From an uncultured virus (IMG/VR IMGVR_UViG_3300009418_000017) (lineage: Duplodnaviria; Heunggongvirae; Uroviricota; Caudoviricetes): a DNA stretch of 20,000 nt. Numbering within the stretch: position 1 is the first letter of the stretch; each line of letters begins with the position of its first letter. Where the stretch lies: the IMG/VR virus record IMGVR_UViG_3300009418_000017, one strand, 5' to 3'. This document shows, in pieces, positions 8,282 to 16,312 of the stretch. The notes beneath the pieces are model-generated. The model was given only the letters and a program-made list of their open reading frames with translations. It was not told where the DNA came from and made no database searches. The position numbers were made by a program, and so were the translations under genes.

Positions 8282-8734
8282 TTAAGCTCGGGTTAAATAG
8301 ATAGCCGTTAATTTGTTTGACTTTAAAACCCAATTCTTTCCATAACTTTTCACCAGTGCATCAAAAACAACCGGCACAAAGTGCTCATCTTGGTTGGCCA
8401 GGGCCATGTGATTTCTCTCGCCGTGTTCTAAAAGAACATTGTCGAAATCACCGGCTATCGTCATCACAACGGCGCAATCTAACCGCTCACCCTTGCATTC
8501 CAGTGTAATGATGTCACCCGGCTTTAATCGCTTATGCCATGCACTGTGAAGCCGCATTGTGTTGAATATCTTTTGATCGGTTCCGTCCAACCATTTTATC
8601 GGCAATATCGGTCTCATTTCCTGACACATTTGAACGTCACCTCGAAACTCGCAGTTTAAAGAGCATTCACTGCAAAGCGTTTCCGTCGATGACGTTTGAA
8701 AACCTGCTTCCATGCGTTTTAGAACTCTCATCAC
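8282..8734 (-). CDS. Hypothetical protein: N-terminal Cys cluster plus possible ASCH/PUA-like domain (start GTG 8734 or ATG 8731)
   Basis: CSECSLNC-x7-C; FNTMRL...KRLKPGDIITL resembles the ASCH TxR..GD pattern; GGGAG upstream. Confidence 0.7.
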   Translation of the reverse strand: MMRVLKRMEAGFQTSSTETLCSECSLNCEFRGDVQMCQEMRPILPIKWLDGTDQKIFNTMRLHSAWHKRLKPGDIITLECKGERLDCAVVMTIAGDFDNVLLEHGERNHMALANQDEHFVPVVFDALVKSYGKNWVLKSNKLTAIYLTRA

Positions 8735-8749
8735 TTCTCCCGTAGATAT

Positions 8750-8779
8750 AAAAAATGCGACACCGTTAGTGTCGCATTT
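8750..8779 (-). terminator. Rho-independent terminator downstream of recA
   Basis: Minus strand AAATGCGACAC-TAACG-GTGTCGCATTT, an 11-bp perfect stem running into a T-tract. Confidence 0.8.
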
Positions 8780-8803
8780 AATTAAAGGTAATCAATACCG
8801 ATT

Positions 8804-8823
8804 GTATCTATTTAACTAGATAT
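8804..8823. promoter_or_regulatory. Palindromic operator-like site
   Basis: GTATCT-atttaact-AGATAT, overlapping the recA stop codon. Confidence 0.6.
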
Positions 8824-9823
8824 TTTCCTTAAGATGCTTGATGACATCGCCGGTTAGGTCGTTGTCGTCAATATGCTTAATCAACGTTGCGCGAGGGTAA
8901 GTTTTCCCGTCAATAAACTTGATTCGATTACCGGCTCTCTCCAGAAAACCGTTCTCCTTCATGTAATCGACAAGCGCCCCGGTTGTGTCGATACGACCGA
9001 TTGACTTCTGACCGGCTCCGCTGCGCTCATACGCAATGTTCCACTTAACTTTTTCACCGACCGACTGCGTCACTTTGTTCTTAATGATTTTCGCCGTGAT
9101 TTCATGCTCATGCACGCGACCCTCTTCCGACTTCACCTTCTTGCCGAGAGAGATACGCACTGAAGCGTAAAACTTAAGCGCTTTACCGCCAGGTGTCGTC
9201 TCAGGATTGCCGAACATAACGCCTGGCTTTTCACGGATCTGGTTGAGGTAAATCATCACCACATCCATGTCATCGACGAACAGGTTTACCGCTTTCAACG
9301 TCGAACTGGTTACTCGAGCCAGTGCCGTTGTGTCGTTCATGTTGTATTCGCTGATGCCCTTTTCTGCAACAGATTTTGGTACTGCAGCTGCCACCGAATC
9401 CTGAACAATAACGATTGGCTTGTCAGCAAACTCTTTTGAGTTTCGAATTGCTTCAGCAACTTCTAACGCCTTTGTATTGCCTTCTTCCCAAGTAACCGGC
9501 TTGATATACATAAAGTGTGGTCGTTTTGTATTCAGACCTAAGTCTTCAGCGAAGTCTTTCTTGAAAGACCGCTCGTAATCCACAAAGATTCCGACACCAC
9601 CGGCTTTCTGAGCGGCAATCATGGCCATTGTCGCCATTGCTGTCTTACCTGATGACTCAGGGCCGTAGATTTCATAAATGCGGCCGGTGGCAAATCCACC
9701 ATCCGGGTTGCCGCTCAACACAATGTCCAACGGCAAAAGCGATGAACTCATAAAGTGATTTTCTTCTTCAAGCCACTCTTCGTCACCTAAAAGACCGGCT
9801 AACTCTTTATCTAAACTTGCCAT
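8816..9823 (-). CDS. recA: RecA/UvsX-family recombinase (phage-type, divergent termini)
   Basis: GRIYEIYGPESSGKT Walker A, VQDSVAA Walker B, NQIREKPGVMFGNPETTPGGKALKFYASVR. Confidence 0.95.
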   Translation of the reverse strand: MASLDKELAGLLGDEEWLEEENHFMSSSLLPLDIVLSGNPDGGFATGRIYEIYGPESSGKTAMATMAMIAAQKAGGVGIFVDYERSFKKDFAEDLGLNTKRPHFMYIKPVTWEEGNTKALEVAEAIRNSKEFADKPIVIVQDSVAAAVPKSVAEKGISEYNMNDTTALARVTSSTLKAVNLFVDDMDVVMIYLNQIREKPGVMFGNPETTPGGKALKFYASVRISLGKKVKSEEGRVHEHEITAKIIKNKVTQSVGEKVKWNIAYERSGAGQKSIGRIDTTGALVDYMKENGFLERAGNRIKFIDGKTYPRATLIKHIDDNDLTGDVIKHLKENI

Positions 9824-9835
9824 GCTGAATGCTCC

Positions 9836-10762
9836 TTATGCGAATAGACGTTCAACGGTGTCTATTTGATTCGCCAAACTGATGAAATTGTTGTCCTCGA
9901 AAAACACCAAAGTTTCTTCTTTACTGAACTTAGGCTTTTCCATCTTGAGGCCGCTTGGTTTTGGCGACTTGCTCATATCCATAAGCGCTATGTTCCGCTT
10001 AAGGATCTCCAGACCGCCATTTTCGTTGCTACAAAAAGCGTTAATCTTCTTGCGAGCCCGAGTAAGCTCTTTGGGCAAGTCTTCTTTTTCAAACTCACCA
10101 TTTGCCCGATAAGCTTTAATCAATTCAGCTATGCTTCCGAAATGATTAATAACTCGCTGAGCTGTTAGCTCTCCCAGGCCACCAACGCCGGGTATGCAGT
10201 CTGAGTTGTCACCTTGCAAATACTTAGATTCGAGAAATTGCTTGGTTGTTTTAAACCCTGTCTTTTTCTCGAAACCATGAGTATCAACTACCTCATCGTT
10301 ATGTAGGTTGTACCAGTGAACGAACGGGTTAACCAATTGCAGCCAGTCCTTGTCACCAGTCACAAGCAAAACACGCTTGCCGTTGTCCGATAACTTTTTG
10401 CTTATCCAATAAGCCAGGTCATCAGCTTCTAAACCTTCATAGCTCAATTGCTGAATGCCCATCTTTTCGAGCGCTTCTTTGATCAGGGGTCGCTGCTTGC
10501 GGTATTCTTCCCGCTCAGCCGCCACTTTCGGATTGTCGTCACGCTTTGATTTGTACTCAGGGTATATGTCAAAGCGGAACTGACAGTGCTCGTCCCACAG
10601 ACAGATAATTCGAGCGTCAGGGTTTAAGCGCTTAAACTTGATCATCTGCTTGATACTTTGAAACACGGCTTGAGTTTGGTTACCGTCTCCGTCGTTAAGC
10701 TTGCGAGTGCTATTCGACTGATAACCCACCGCATTCATATCAACCAAAATTACGTTATACAT
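9836..10762 (-). CDS. 5'-3' exonuclease / flap endonuclease (T4 RNase H / Pol I N-terminal family)
   Basis: LVDMN, RFDIYPEYKSKR, EADDL, TGDKDWLQLV, and H3TH motif GDNSDCIPGVGGLG. Confidence 0.93.
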   Translation of the reverse strand: MYNVILVDMNAVGYQSNSTRKLNDGDGNQTQAVFQSIKQMIKFKRLNPDARIICLWDEHCQFRFDIYPEYKSKRDDNPKVAAEREEYRKQRPLIKEALEKMGIQQLSYEGLEADDLAYWISKKLSDNGKRVLLVTGDKDWLQLVNPFVHWYNLHNDEVVDTHGFEKKTGFKTTKQFLESKYLQGDNSDCIPGVGGLGELTAQRVINHFGSIAELIKAYRANGEFEKEDLPKELTRARKKINAFCSNENGGLEILKRNIALMDMSKSPKPSGLKMEKPKFSKEETLVFFEDNNFISLANQIDTVERLFA

Positions 10763-10779
10763 GGTGTGAATCTCCAGTG

Positions 10780-10807
10780 AAGAGAAAGGGGGCTAACGCC
10801 CCCTTTT
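10780..10807 (-). terminator. Rho-independent terminator downstream of the SSB gene
   Basis: Minus strand AAAGGGGGC-GTTA-GCCCCCTTT then CTCTT; may act in both directions. Confidence 0.75.
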
Positions 10808-10825
10808 AAAGTTACCGAGTGAACC

Positions 10826-11908
10826 TTACAGGTCGCCCAAGATGTCGTCTAAGTCATCGTCGCTTGAAGACTCAGCTACCGGCGCGTCTCCGCCTACAAC
10901 TTGCTTTTCTTCAGAAGCCTTTTTCTCAGCTTCAGCTTTGGCTTTGGCTTCTTCTTCAGCTTTCGCCTTAGCTTCCGCTTCTTTGCGCTGTTCAGCTTCA
11001 CGCTTAGCCTTAGCTTCTTCTTCGGCCTTAGCCTTTTCTTCGGCTTCCTGGTCGTCAGATTCAGACTCAACAACCTTCTCTTCTGAAGCTTCTGCTTCAG
11101 GCTCGTCAGCCGGCTCGTACTCAGCATCTTCAATGCTTTCGTCCAACATATTGTCGAGTTCACGGCGCTCACTGGCTTTGTTCTCAAGAGCTCGACCACC
11201 ATCAGCAACTTCGATGCCGACAATAGAGCCAACAGTAGCGATTGCCTTATTGACTCGCTCCTGCTCCCAGTTCTGAGCTTTAATCCACTTGTCGATGTCC
11301 TTGCGAGCTTCTAACTGCTCTTTAGTCACGTCTTTAACGTTATTCTTAGGCGATGTCGGCATGACTGTATATTTACGGTCAAAACCCGAGCCTGTTGCGT
11401 TAACAGTGATATCAAGGCCGTCTTCCGTTGCAATGATTTGCTCACCGTACTCTTCAAACAGACTGATAATGTCGTTTTCAAACAGTGAACGTGGAATGTC
11501 GATCACTTCAACGCTATCATCTGAGCGCTTGTCACCACGCACAACAACGTTTAGCAAAATACGATTACCGGCGTTCGCTTTCTTAAGCGCTTTAACGCTG
11601 TCATCACTGTCATTGATTTCACCCATAGACTCGCGAACATAGCCAAACGCATCGCCAATAGCGTTACAGGTCGGACACTCTTCGTCGTAAGTTGCGCGAG
11701 GGCATACATGAACACCTTTCAAGTCGCCTTTTGCATCTTTTACAAAGTGCATACCAAAATCGTGAAAAAAGGTGTCGTCGTCTTCGCGCCAACCCGGTAG
11801 GATGCGCAACTGCGTTTTGCCTTCTTTCAGTTTATAAGCACTATCGTTACCTAGTTTGCGTTCTTCAGCTTGTTCTTTGCGTTTCTTGATGATGTCGTTT
11901 AGTTTCAT
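10826..11908 (-). CDS. T4 gp32-like single-stranded DNA-binding protein
   Basis: KLKEGKTQLRILP, H..CP..CPTC putative Zn site, and acidic end DDDLDDILGDL resembling the gp32 tail; sits in a recombination cluster. Confidence 0.8.
   Translation of the reverse strand: MKLNDIIKKRKEQAEERKLGNDSAYKLKEGKTQLRILPGWREDDDTFFHDFGMHFVKDAKGDLKGVHVCPRATYDEECPTCNAIGDAFGYVRESMGEINDSDDSVKALKKANAGNRILLNVVVRGDKRSDDSVEVIDIPRSLFENDIISLFEEYGEQIIATEDGLDITVNATGSGFDRKYTVMPTSPKNNVKDVTKEQLEARKDIDKWIKAQNWEQERVNKAIATVGSIVGIEVADGGRALENKASERRELDNMLDESIEDAEYEPADEPEAEASEEKVVESESDDQEAEEKAKAEEEAKAKREAEQRKEAEAKAKAEEEAKAKAEAEKKASEEKQVVGGDAPVAESSSDDDLDDILGDL
10947..11035 (-). repeat. Intragenic duplication, 66-nt period, encoding KAKAEEEAKAK
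   Basis: gcttcttcttcagctttcgcctt (10947-10969) and gcttcttcttcggccttagcctt (11013-11035), 20/23 identical. Confidence 0.7.
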
Positions 11909-11917
11909 GATGTTTCC

Positions 11918-12445
11918 TTAGCCTTCTACATTCATGCCAGTTGCTTTTTGAATTCGTGATGCCGCAGCCCCACGGTCCTTTTTTGGAGCTGAGTGATAGC
12001 CTTCCAATGAAAGCTGTTCAGACTCCCTTTTGGCCAATTGCGAAATCATTCGCGAACGTTGGTCAAACGCTTCGTTCATGCTCTTGCAAATGCCCAAAAC
12101 TTCTTTCGCATCGATGACTAGGTCTTCCACCTTTCTCATCAATGGGTGTGTCTCAACTTCGGCGGCGATTGCCGGTTCAGTCTTCTTGTCTCCGCTATCG
12201 AGTGCTTGCTTGCGCACTTCTTTAGCAAGAGACGACCGAACTATTTCAGCCGCACGTTTGAGACGCTCATGTTGCTTCTGAGCTTGGCTGTGAGCGACAC
12301 CGGCTAGAAAGGCCAGTGACGGCTGACCTCTCATTTCTTCATCCAGTCTTTTGTCGCTGATAGACAGCTTTGAGCGCATTTCTTTTCCCGTTAATGGGTT
12401 TCGAACGGCTAGCTCAGAAACAAACTCTTTCAAATCTTTTTGCAT
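11918..12445 (-). CDS. UvsY-like recombination mediator (helical/coiled-coil), tentative
   Basis: All-helical 175-aa protein; KKTEPAIAAEVETHP...EAFDQRSRMI resembles the UvsY family; adjacent to gp32-like SSB and near recA. Confidence 0.6.
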   Translation of the reverse strand: MQKDLKEFVSELAVRNPLTGKEMRSKLSISDKRLDEEMRGQPSLAFLAGVAHSQAQKQHERLKRAAEIVRSSLAKEVRKQALDSGDKKTEPAIAAEVETHPLMRKVEDLVIDAKEVLGICKSMNEAFDQRSRMISQLAKRESEQLSLEGYHSAPKKDRGAAASRIQKATGMNVEG

Positions 12446-12474
12446 ATTTTGTATCTCTCTGCTGATTGACGAGA

Positions 12475-12503
12475 ACTATAAAACACTTTCTTAAGAATAT
12501 CTA
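12475..12503 (-). promoter_or_regulatory. Sigma70-type promoter for the uvsY-like/ssb genes
   Basis: TAGATA (12503-12498), 17 bp, TATAGT (12480-12475). Confidence 0.5.
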
Positions 12504-12520
12504 TCTATCCACTGAGATAT
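12501..12520. promoter_or_regulatory. Palindromic operator-like site
   Basis: CTATCT-atccactg-AGATAT, overlapping the predicted -35. Confidence 0.6.
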
Positions 12521-12537
12521 TTTCCTAAGTAAAGAAA

Positions 12538-15500
12538 TTACTTTCCAACCATTTCTGCTGCCCGGATAAACGCATTTTCTATTTCTTCTGTCAGCTCTGG
12601 CTTCATGTAAATCATGCCTGGACTGACTGTGAATAAATACGTTCTGTCACCGTCTACATCATAAACGTCTTGCCCTGACAGCTCTTCAATTCCACCTTTA
12701 ACATCCGGGTGAAATGCACGAACAGTCATTGAGCCGGATAGAATGCAAATAGCAGGGTCCATAATGGCCACTTCTTCTTTTATGATGTCCTTGTACGCTT
12801 TGAGAAGATTCGGATCTATCTCTTCACCAAACTTAGGTTTTTCAGTTTTGAACAAGGTTGTGTAATACACCTCTGCCATTCCAAAACCTGCATTCTTAAT
12901 GGCCGCTTCAACCGTCCCTCGCGTTTTCTTGTCGAGCAACTCACCTTTCTGCAGCTCATAATAGTTTGGCGCATCAACGATCATCATGACGTATGGCCGC
13001 TTACCTGTTTTCGGTACCACTTCAATCGGCACATCGTATTCTTTTTCTTTATCCTGGTACATTTTGAGCAATGTCGGTTCAGCCAGGCCAAAGTTCATCC
13101 TGCGATTAGCCGACACGTCAGCCATAGCAAATGCCCCCATAACTTCTTTCTGAGCCCGAACACGGTCAGCGTGCAACGGATGCTTTTGATCCGGCTCGAT
13201 GTCAGCAAACGCACCAATCGAGTCCAGGTTCTCAATTGCTCGCTTATTAAGTTTGCGACCGTCTACCCTACCCCTTAAGTCTTCTATCGATTCGAAAGGG
13301 CCATTCTTGCGAGCTTCCAGTATTGCTTCAACACTTTTGCCGCTGACGTACTTAACACGGTCGAGAGGTGTGTATAGAACCTCACACTCACGAGCTGTGT
13401 CATAGACTATCTCAAACTTACCCGATGACTTGTTTATGTCGGGCGGCAAAATAATCACCCCATCGTTTGCAGCGTCTCTCGCTACACTGCCGACTTTGTC
13501 ATCTGACAGAATCGACATTGATGCTGCGTAAAATACAGCCGGATAGTTCGCCTTTATATAGCCGCACTGATACGAAATTAGTGAGTACGCCACTGCGTGC
13601 GATTTGTTGAATGAGTAGGCAGCAAAGCCTTCAATATCATCCCAAAGCTGCTGAGCGTCTCGCTCAAGCATCCCTGAATCGACACAACCGTTAATGAACC
13701 GCTCACTCATCGTTGCCATTTTCTCAGCGTCTTTCTTGCCAACTGCTTTACGCAAAATGTCAGCTTGAGCCATAGTGAAGCCAGCCAAGTCTTGCGATAG
13801 CCTCATGATCTGCTCCTGGTAAACCATGACACCAAACGTCTCTTTCAACGCCGGTTCAGCTTTACCGTGAACGTATGCTTCATTCAGCTGACCTGAACGA
13901 ATCTTGCAGTACTGCTCTGACAGACCGGCGTCGAGTGGACCCGGACGGTTTAATGCGTTGACCGCAACGATGTCTTCAAAGGTCATTTCGCCGCCTTCAG
14001 CGATGTCTTTTAGCAGTTTTCGAGCATTGCCCCCTTCAAACTGAAAAACCCCCTTAGTGCGACCCTCAGCAAACAGCTGAAGCGTTTTCTTGTCATCAAG
14101 CGGAATCGCATTAAGGTTTAACTTAATATCCCGCTCTTCTAAGAAATCCAGTGCAATGCGCAAAATGTCCAACGTCGACAAGCCTAGCAAGTCGAGCTTT
14201 ATCAAGCCCTGGTCTTCTACATTCGACTTATCCCAGTTAACCGTTGCACCTTTTCGAGTTTCGAGAACGGCACGCTCCCTGATCGGAACTCCTGCGACAA
14301 TCAAACCGGCTGCGTGCTGAGACAAGGTTCTTAACTTACCCTGAAGCCCGTCAATTTGTTCGATTATCTCAGGGTACTTCTCTGCGAAACCCTGCATCTG
14401 ATCGTCTTGCTCAAGCGCCTCTTCAAGCGTCATTTCATTCAGCTTTTTGGAGACGTTTATCTCCGAGTTACTCAGCCCATGTGTACGACCTAAATCACGA
14501 ATCGTTGAAGAGCCACCCAGTTTTGAGTAGTTGCTGATACCGGCTACATATTCTTTACCGAACTTGTCCTCTAAATGCTCCACCACGTTCTGACGACGAG
14601 ACGACATAAAGTCCAGGTCGATATCCGGATAGTCGAGACGGTCAGGGTTCAAGAAGCGCTCGAAAATCAGGCCAAAACGAATCGGGTCAACATCAGTAAT
14701 TCCCATTAAATAAGCGACCAGTGAACCCGCCGCTGAACCACGAGCCGGGCCTACCGCAATCTTGTTCTCTTTCGACCAGTTGACTACGTATGAAACGAGA
14801 AGAAAGTAAGGAACGAAGCCCATTTCTTTGATAATGCCAAGCTCATACTTCAAGCGCTCTTTGTAAACCGGCATATCTTCCGCTGACGGCTTATAATCAA
14901 AAACCGGCTTACTGAAACGCAACTGCCAGCCTTCTTTGCACTTGTTAACTAGCTCACCGAACTCATCTTCAGCAAGTTTAGGTAGAGATATCTCCTGACG
15001 CTCCCACTTGTAATCACAACGCTCATGAAAAGACACGGCGTGCGGCAACAGTCTTTTCAGAAGATCTACGTTGCAAGAAACTTTGAGCTCCTGTGAGCTC
15101 ATCAAATAAGCATCCCGGTATTGCGGTATCGGTCTTAGCTCAGATTTAGCCGGAGCTCCTTTGAAAGAAGAGCCGTTAACTATGTAGCTTAAATGGTCTC
15201 GAGTATCGTCCTGACCCTTTTTATACATAGCCGTTCTGGTGATAATCAGTTGAAGACGCTCAGAATCATCGTTCTCAATGAGTTCCAATGCTGCATCACA
15301 CACCGACTCGAAATAGCCTGTTGGCAGCAATGGCGCCTCAAGATAAAACTCTGGCACTGTATCGACCAAGTTTCTGACAATGTCGGTTGCGTTTGGCAAC
15401 AACAAAGGAGAATTCATGTCATTCGTGGTCACGATGACATTTCCACGACTTGCAACCTTAACGATGTCGTAAAGAGACGTTCTAGGGTGAAAGTAGAAAT

Positions 15501-15831
15501 ACTCTTCACTGTTAGCCAGTGAAAGAATTTCAAACAAGTCTTTCATACCCTCATCATTCTTAACGATGATTCGCAACTGGTACATTGGGTTGTGCGCTTT
15601 CTTCTCGCGCAGCTTTGGATCGGCAACAACCGTTACCGATGCGCTTATCACATAGTCCAGGCCAAGCTTGTTGCACTCATCAACAAACTCAGTCATCCCC
15701 GAGACAGTATTGCTGTCAGATAAAAGCGCTACTGGCTTTTCCAACTCTTTTGTCTGTTGAGCGACCTCAGCCGGCTCTAACAGAGCACTTCCGAGAGAGA
15801 AGTGCGTTTGTGCGAACTGATAAACTTTCAT
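12538..15831 (-). CDS. dnaE: DNA polymerase III alpha subunit (C family) with degenerate PHP domain and C-terminal UDG-like domain
   Basis: RGSAAGSLVAY, FERFLNPDRLDYPDIDLDF, SQHAAG, KLDLLGL, VYQEQIM, FNKSHAVAY, ILPPDINKS. The last ~160 aa resemble family-4 UDG. ATGA overlap with the upstream gene. Confidence 0.96.
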   Translation of the reverse strand: MKVYQFAQTHFSLGSALLEPAEVAQQTKELEKPVALLSDSNTVSGMTEFVDECNKLGLDYVISASVTVVADPKLREKKAHNPMYQLRIIVKNDEGMKDLFEILSLANSEEYFYFHPRTSLYDIVKVASRGNVIVTTNDMNSPLLLPNATDIVRNLVDTVPEFYLEAPLLPTGYFESVCDAALELIENDDSERLQLIITRTAMYKKGQDDTRDHLSYIVNGSSFKGAPAKSELRPIPQYRDAYLMSSQELKVSCNVDLLKRLLPHAVSFHERCDYKWERQEISLPKLAEDEFGELVNKCKEGWQLRFSKPVFDYKPSAEDMPVYKERLKYELGIIKEMGFVPYFLLVSYVVNWSKENKIAVGPARGSAAGSLVAYLMGITDVDPIRFGLIFERFLNPDRLDYPDIDLDFMSSRRQNVVEHLEDKFGKEYVAGISNYSKLGGSSTIRDLGRTHGLSNSEINVSKKLNEMTLEEALEQDDQMQGFAEKYPEIIEQIDGLQGKLRTLSQHAAGLIVAGVPIRERAVLETRKGATVNWDKSNVEDQGLIKLDLLGLSTLDILRIALDFLEERDIKLNLNAIPLDDKKTLQLFAEGRTKGVFQFEGGNARKLLKDIAEGGEMTFEDIVAVNALNRPGPLDAGLSEQYCKIRSGQLNEAYVHGKAEPALKETFGVMVYQEQIMRLSQDLAGFTMAQADILRKAVGKKDAEKMATMSERFINGCVDSGMLERDAQQLWDDIEGFAAYSFNKSHAVAYSLISYQCGYIKANYPAVFYAASMSILSDDKVGSVARDAANDGVIILPPDINKSSGKFEIVYDTARECEVLYTPLDRVKYVSGKSVEAILEARKNGPFESIEDLRGRVDGRKLNKRAIENLDSIGAFADIEPDQKHPLHADRVRAQKEVMGAFAMADVSANRRMNFGLAEPTLLKMYQDKEKEYDVPIEVVPKTGKRPYVMMIVDAPNYYELQKGELLDKKTRGTVEAAIKNAGFGMAEVYYTTLFKTEKPKFGEEIDPNLLKAYKDIIKEEVAIMDPAICILSGSMTVRAFHPDVKGGIEELSGQDVYDVDGDRTYLFTVSPGMIYMKPELTEEIENAFIRAAEMVGK

Positions 15832-16310
15832 AGTAACGTGTATTCCTTGCCATTCTTTTCAATCATGCCGTAGAAGTCGAGCGCCTTTATTGCCGCCGTA
15901 ACTTCTGACTGAGCCGTTGTCTGAGCCATGCCCAGGCCTAATGCGTAATCCAATAACTCTGAGCGTGTGAAGCCGCCTGTCTTCAGCATACTTACTGCTT
16001 GCCAAAACACTTTTCTATCTTTGTGTCTCTGACCTGCGCCTAGTATGTCAGCACTTACATACAAATCTTTATCAAAAAGAGAGAGCACAAGCTTCTTAGG
16101 GTGTTTAGCTAATTGATCTAGCTTTTCAGCAAACAGCTCTTTCTGCCGGTTGCTCTCTTCTTTTTTCATTATCTTCTTGTCGTCACTGTCACCGCTAAAG
16201 CTTTGAATGACGCCTTTGACCCGTTCCGAGCACTTATCCTTTATCTCGCACGATTTACAGTAGTCGCTTCTCGGGTCATAACAGGCAGCGTAACCAAAGC
16301 ACAGTCTCAT
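15828..16310 (-). CDS. Hypothetical protein: N-terminal Cys cluster, possible C-terminal winged helix; start reassigned to ATG 16310
   Basis: MRLCFGYAACYDPRSDYCKSCEIKDKC; C-terminal FTRSELL..AQTTAQSEV..LDFYGMIEKNG. ATG is 2 nt after the stop of the AAA gene. Confidence 0.75.
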   Translation of the reverse strand: MRLCFGYAACYDPRSDYCKSCEIKDKCSERVKGVIQSFSGDSDDKKIMKKEESNRQKELFAEKLDQLAKHPKKLVLSLFDKDLYVSADILGAGQRHKDRKVFWQAVSMLKTGGFTRSELLDYALGLGMAQTTAQSEVTAAIKALDFYGMIEKNGKEYTLL

Positions 16311-16312
16311 AC

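Noticed and set aside
10842..11642. Plus-strand Ser/Ala- and Phe-rich ORFs and the minus-strand Lys/Leu-rich alternative frame 10894..11232
   Set aside because: By-products of the SSB gene and its low-complexity EAK linker.
1036..15831. Inteins or introns in nrdA, recA or dnaE
   Set aside because: All three are of normal or compact length with contiguous motifs; no splice-junction or homing endonuclease signatures seen.
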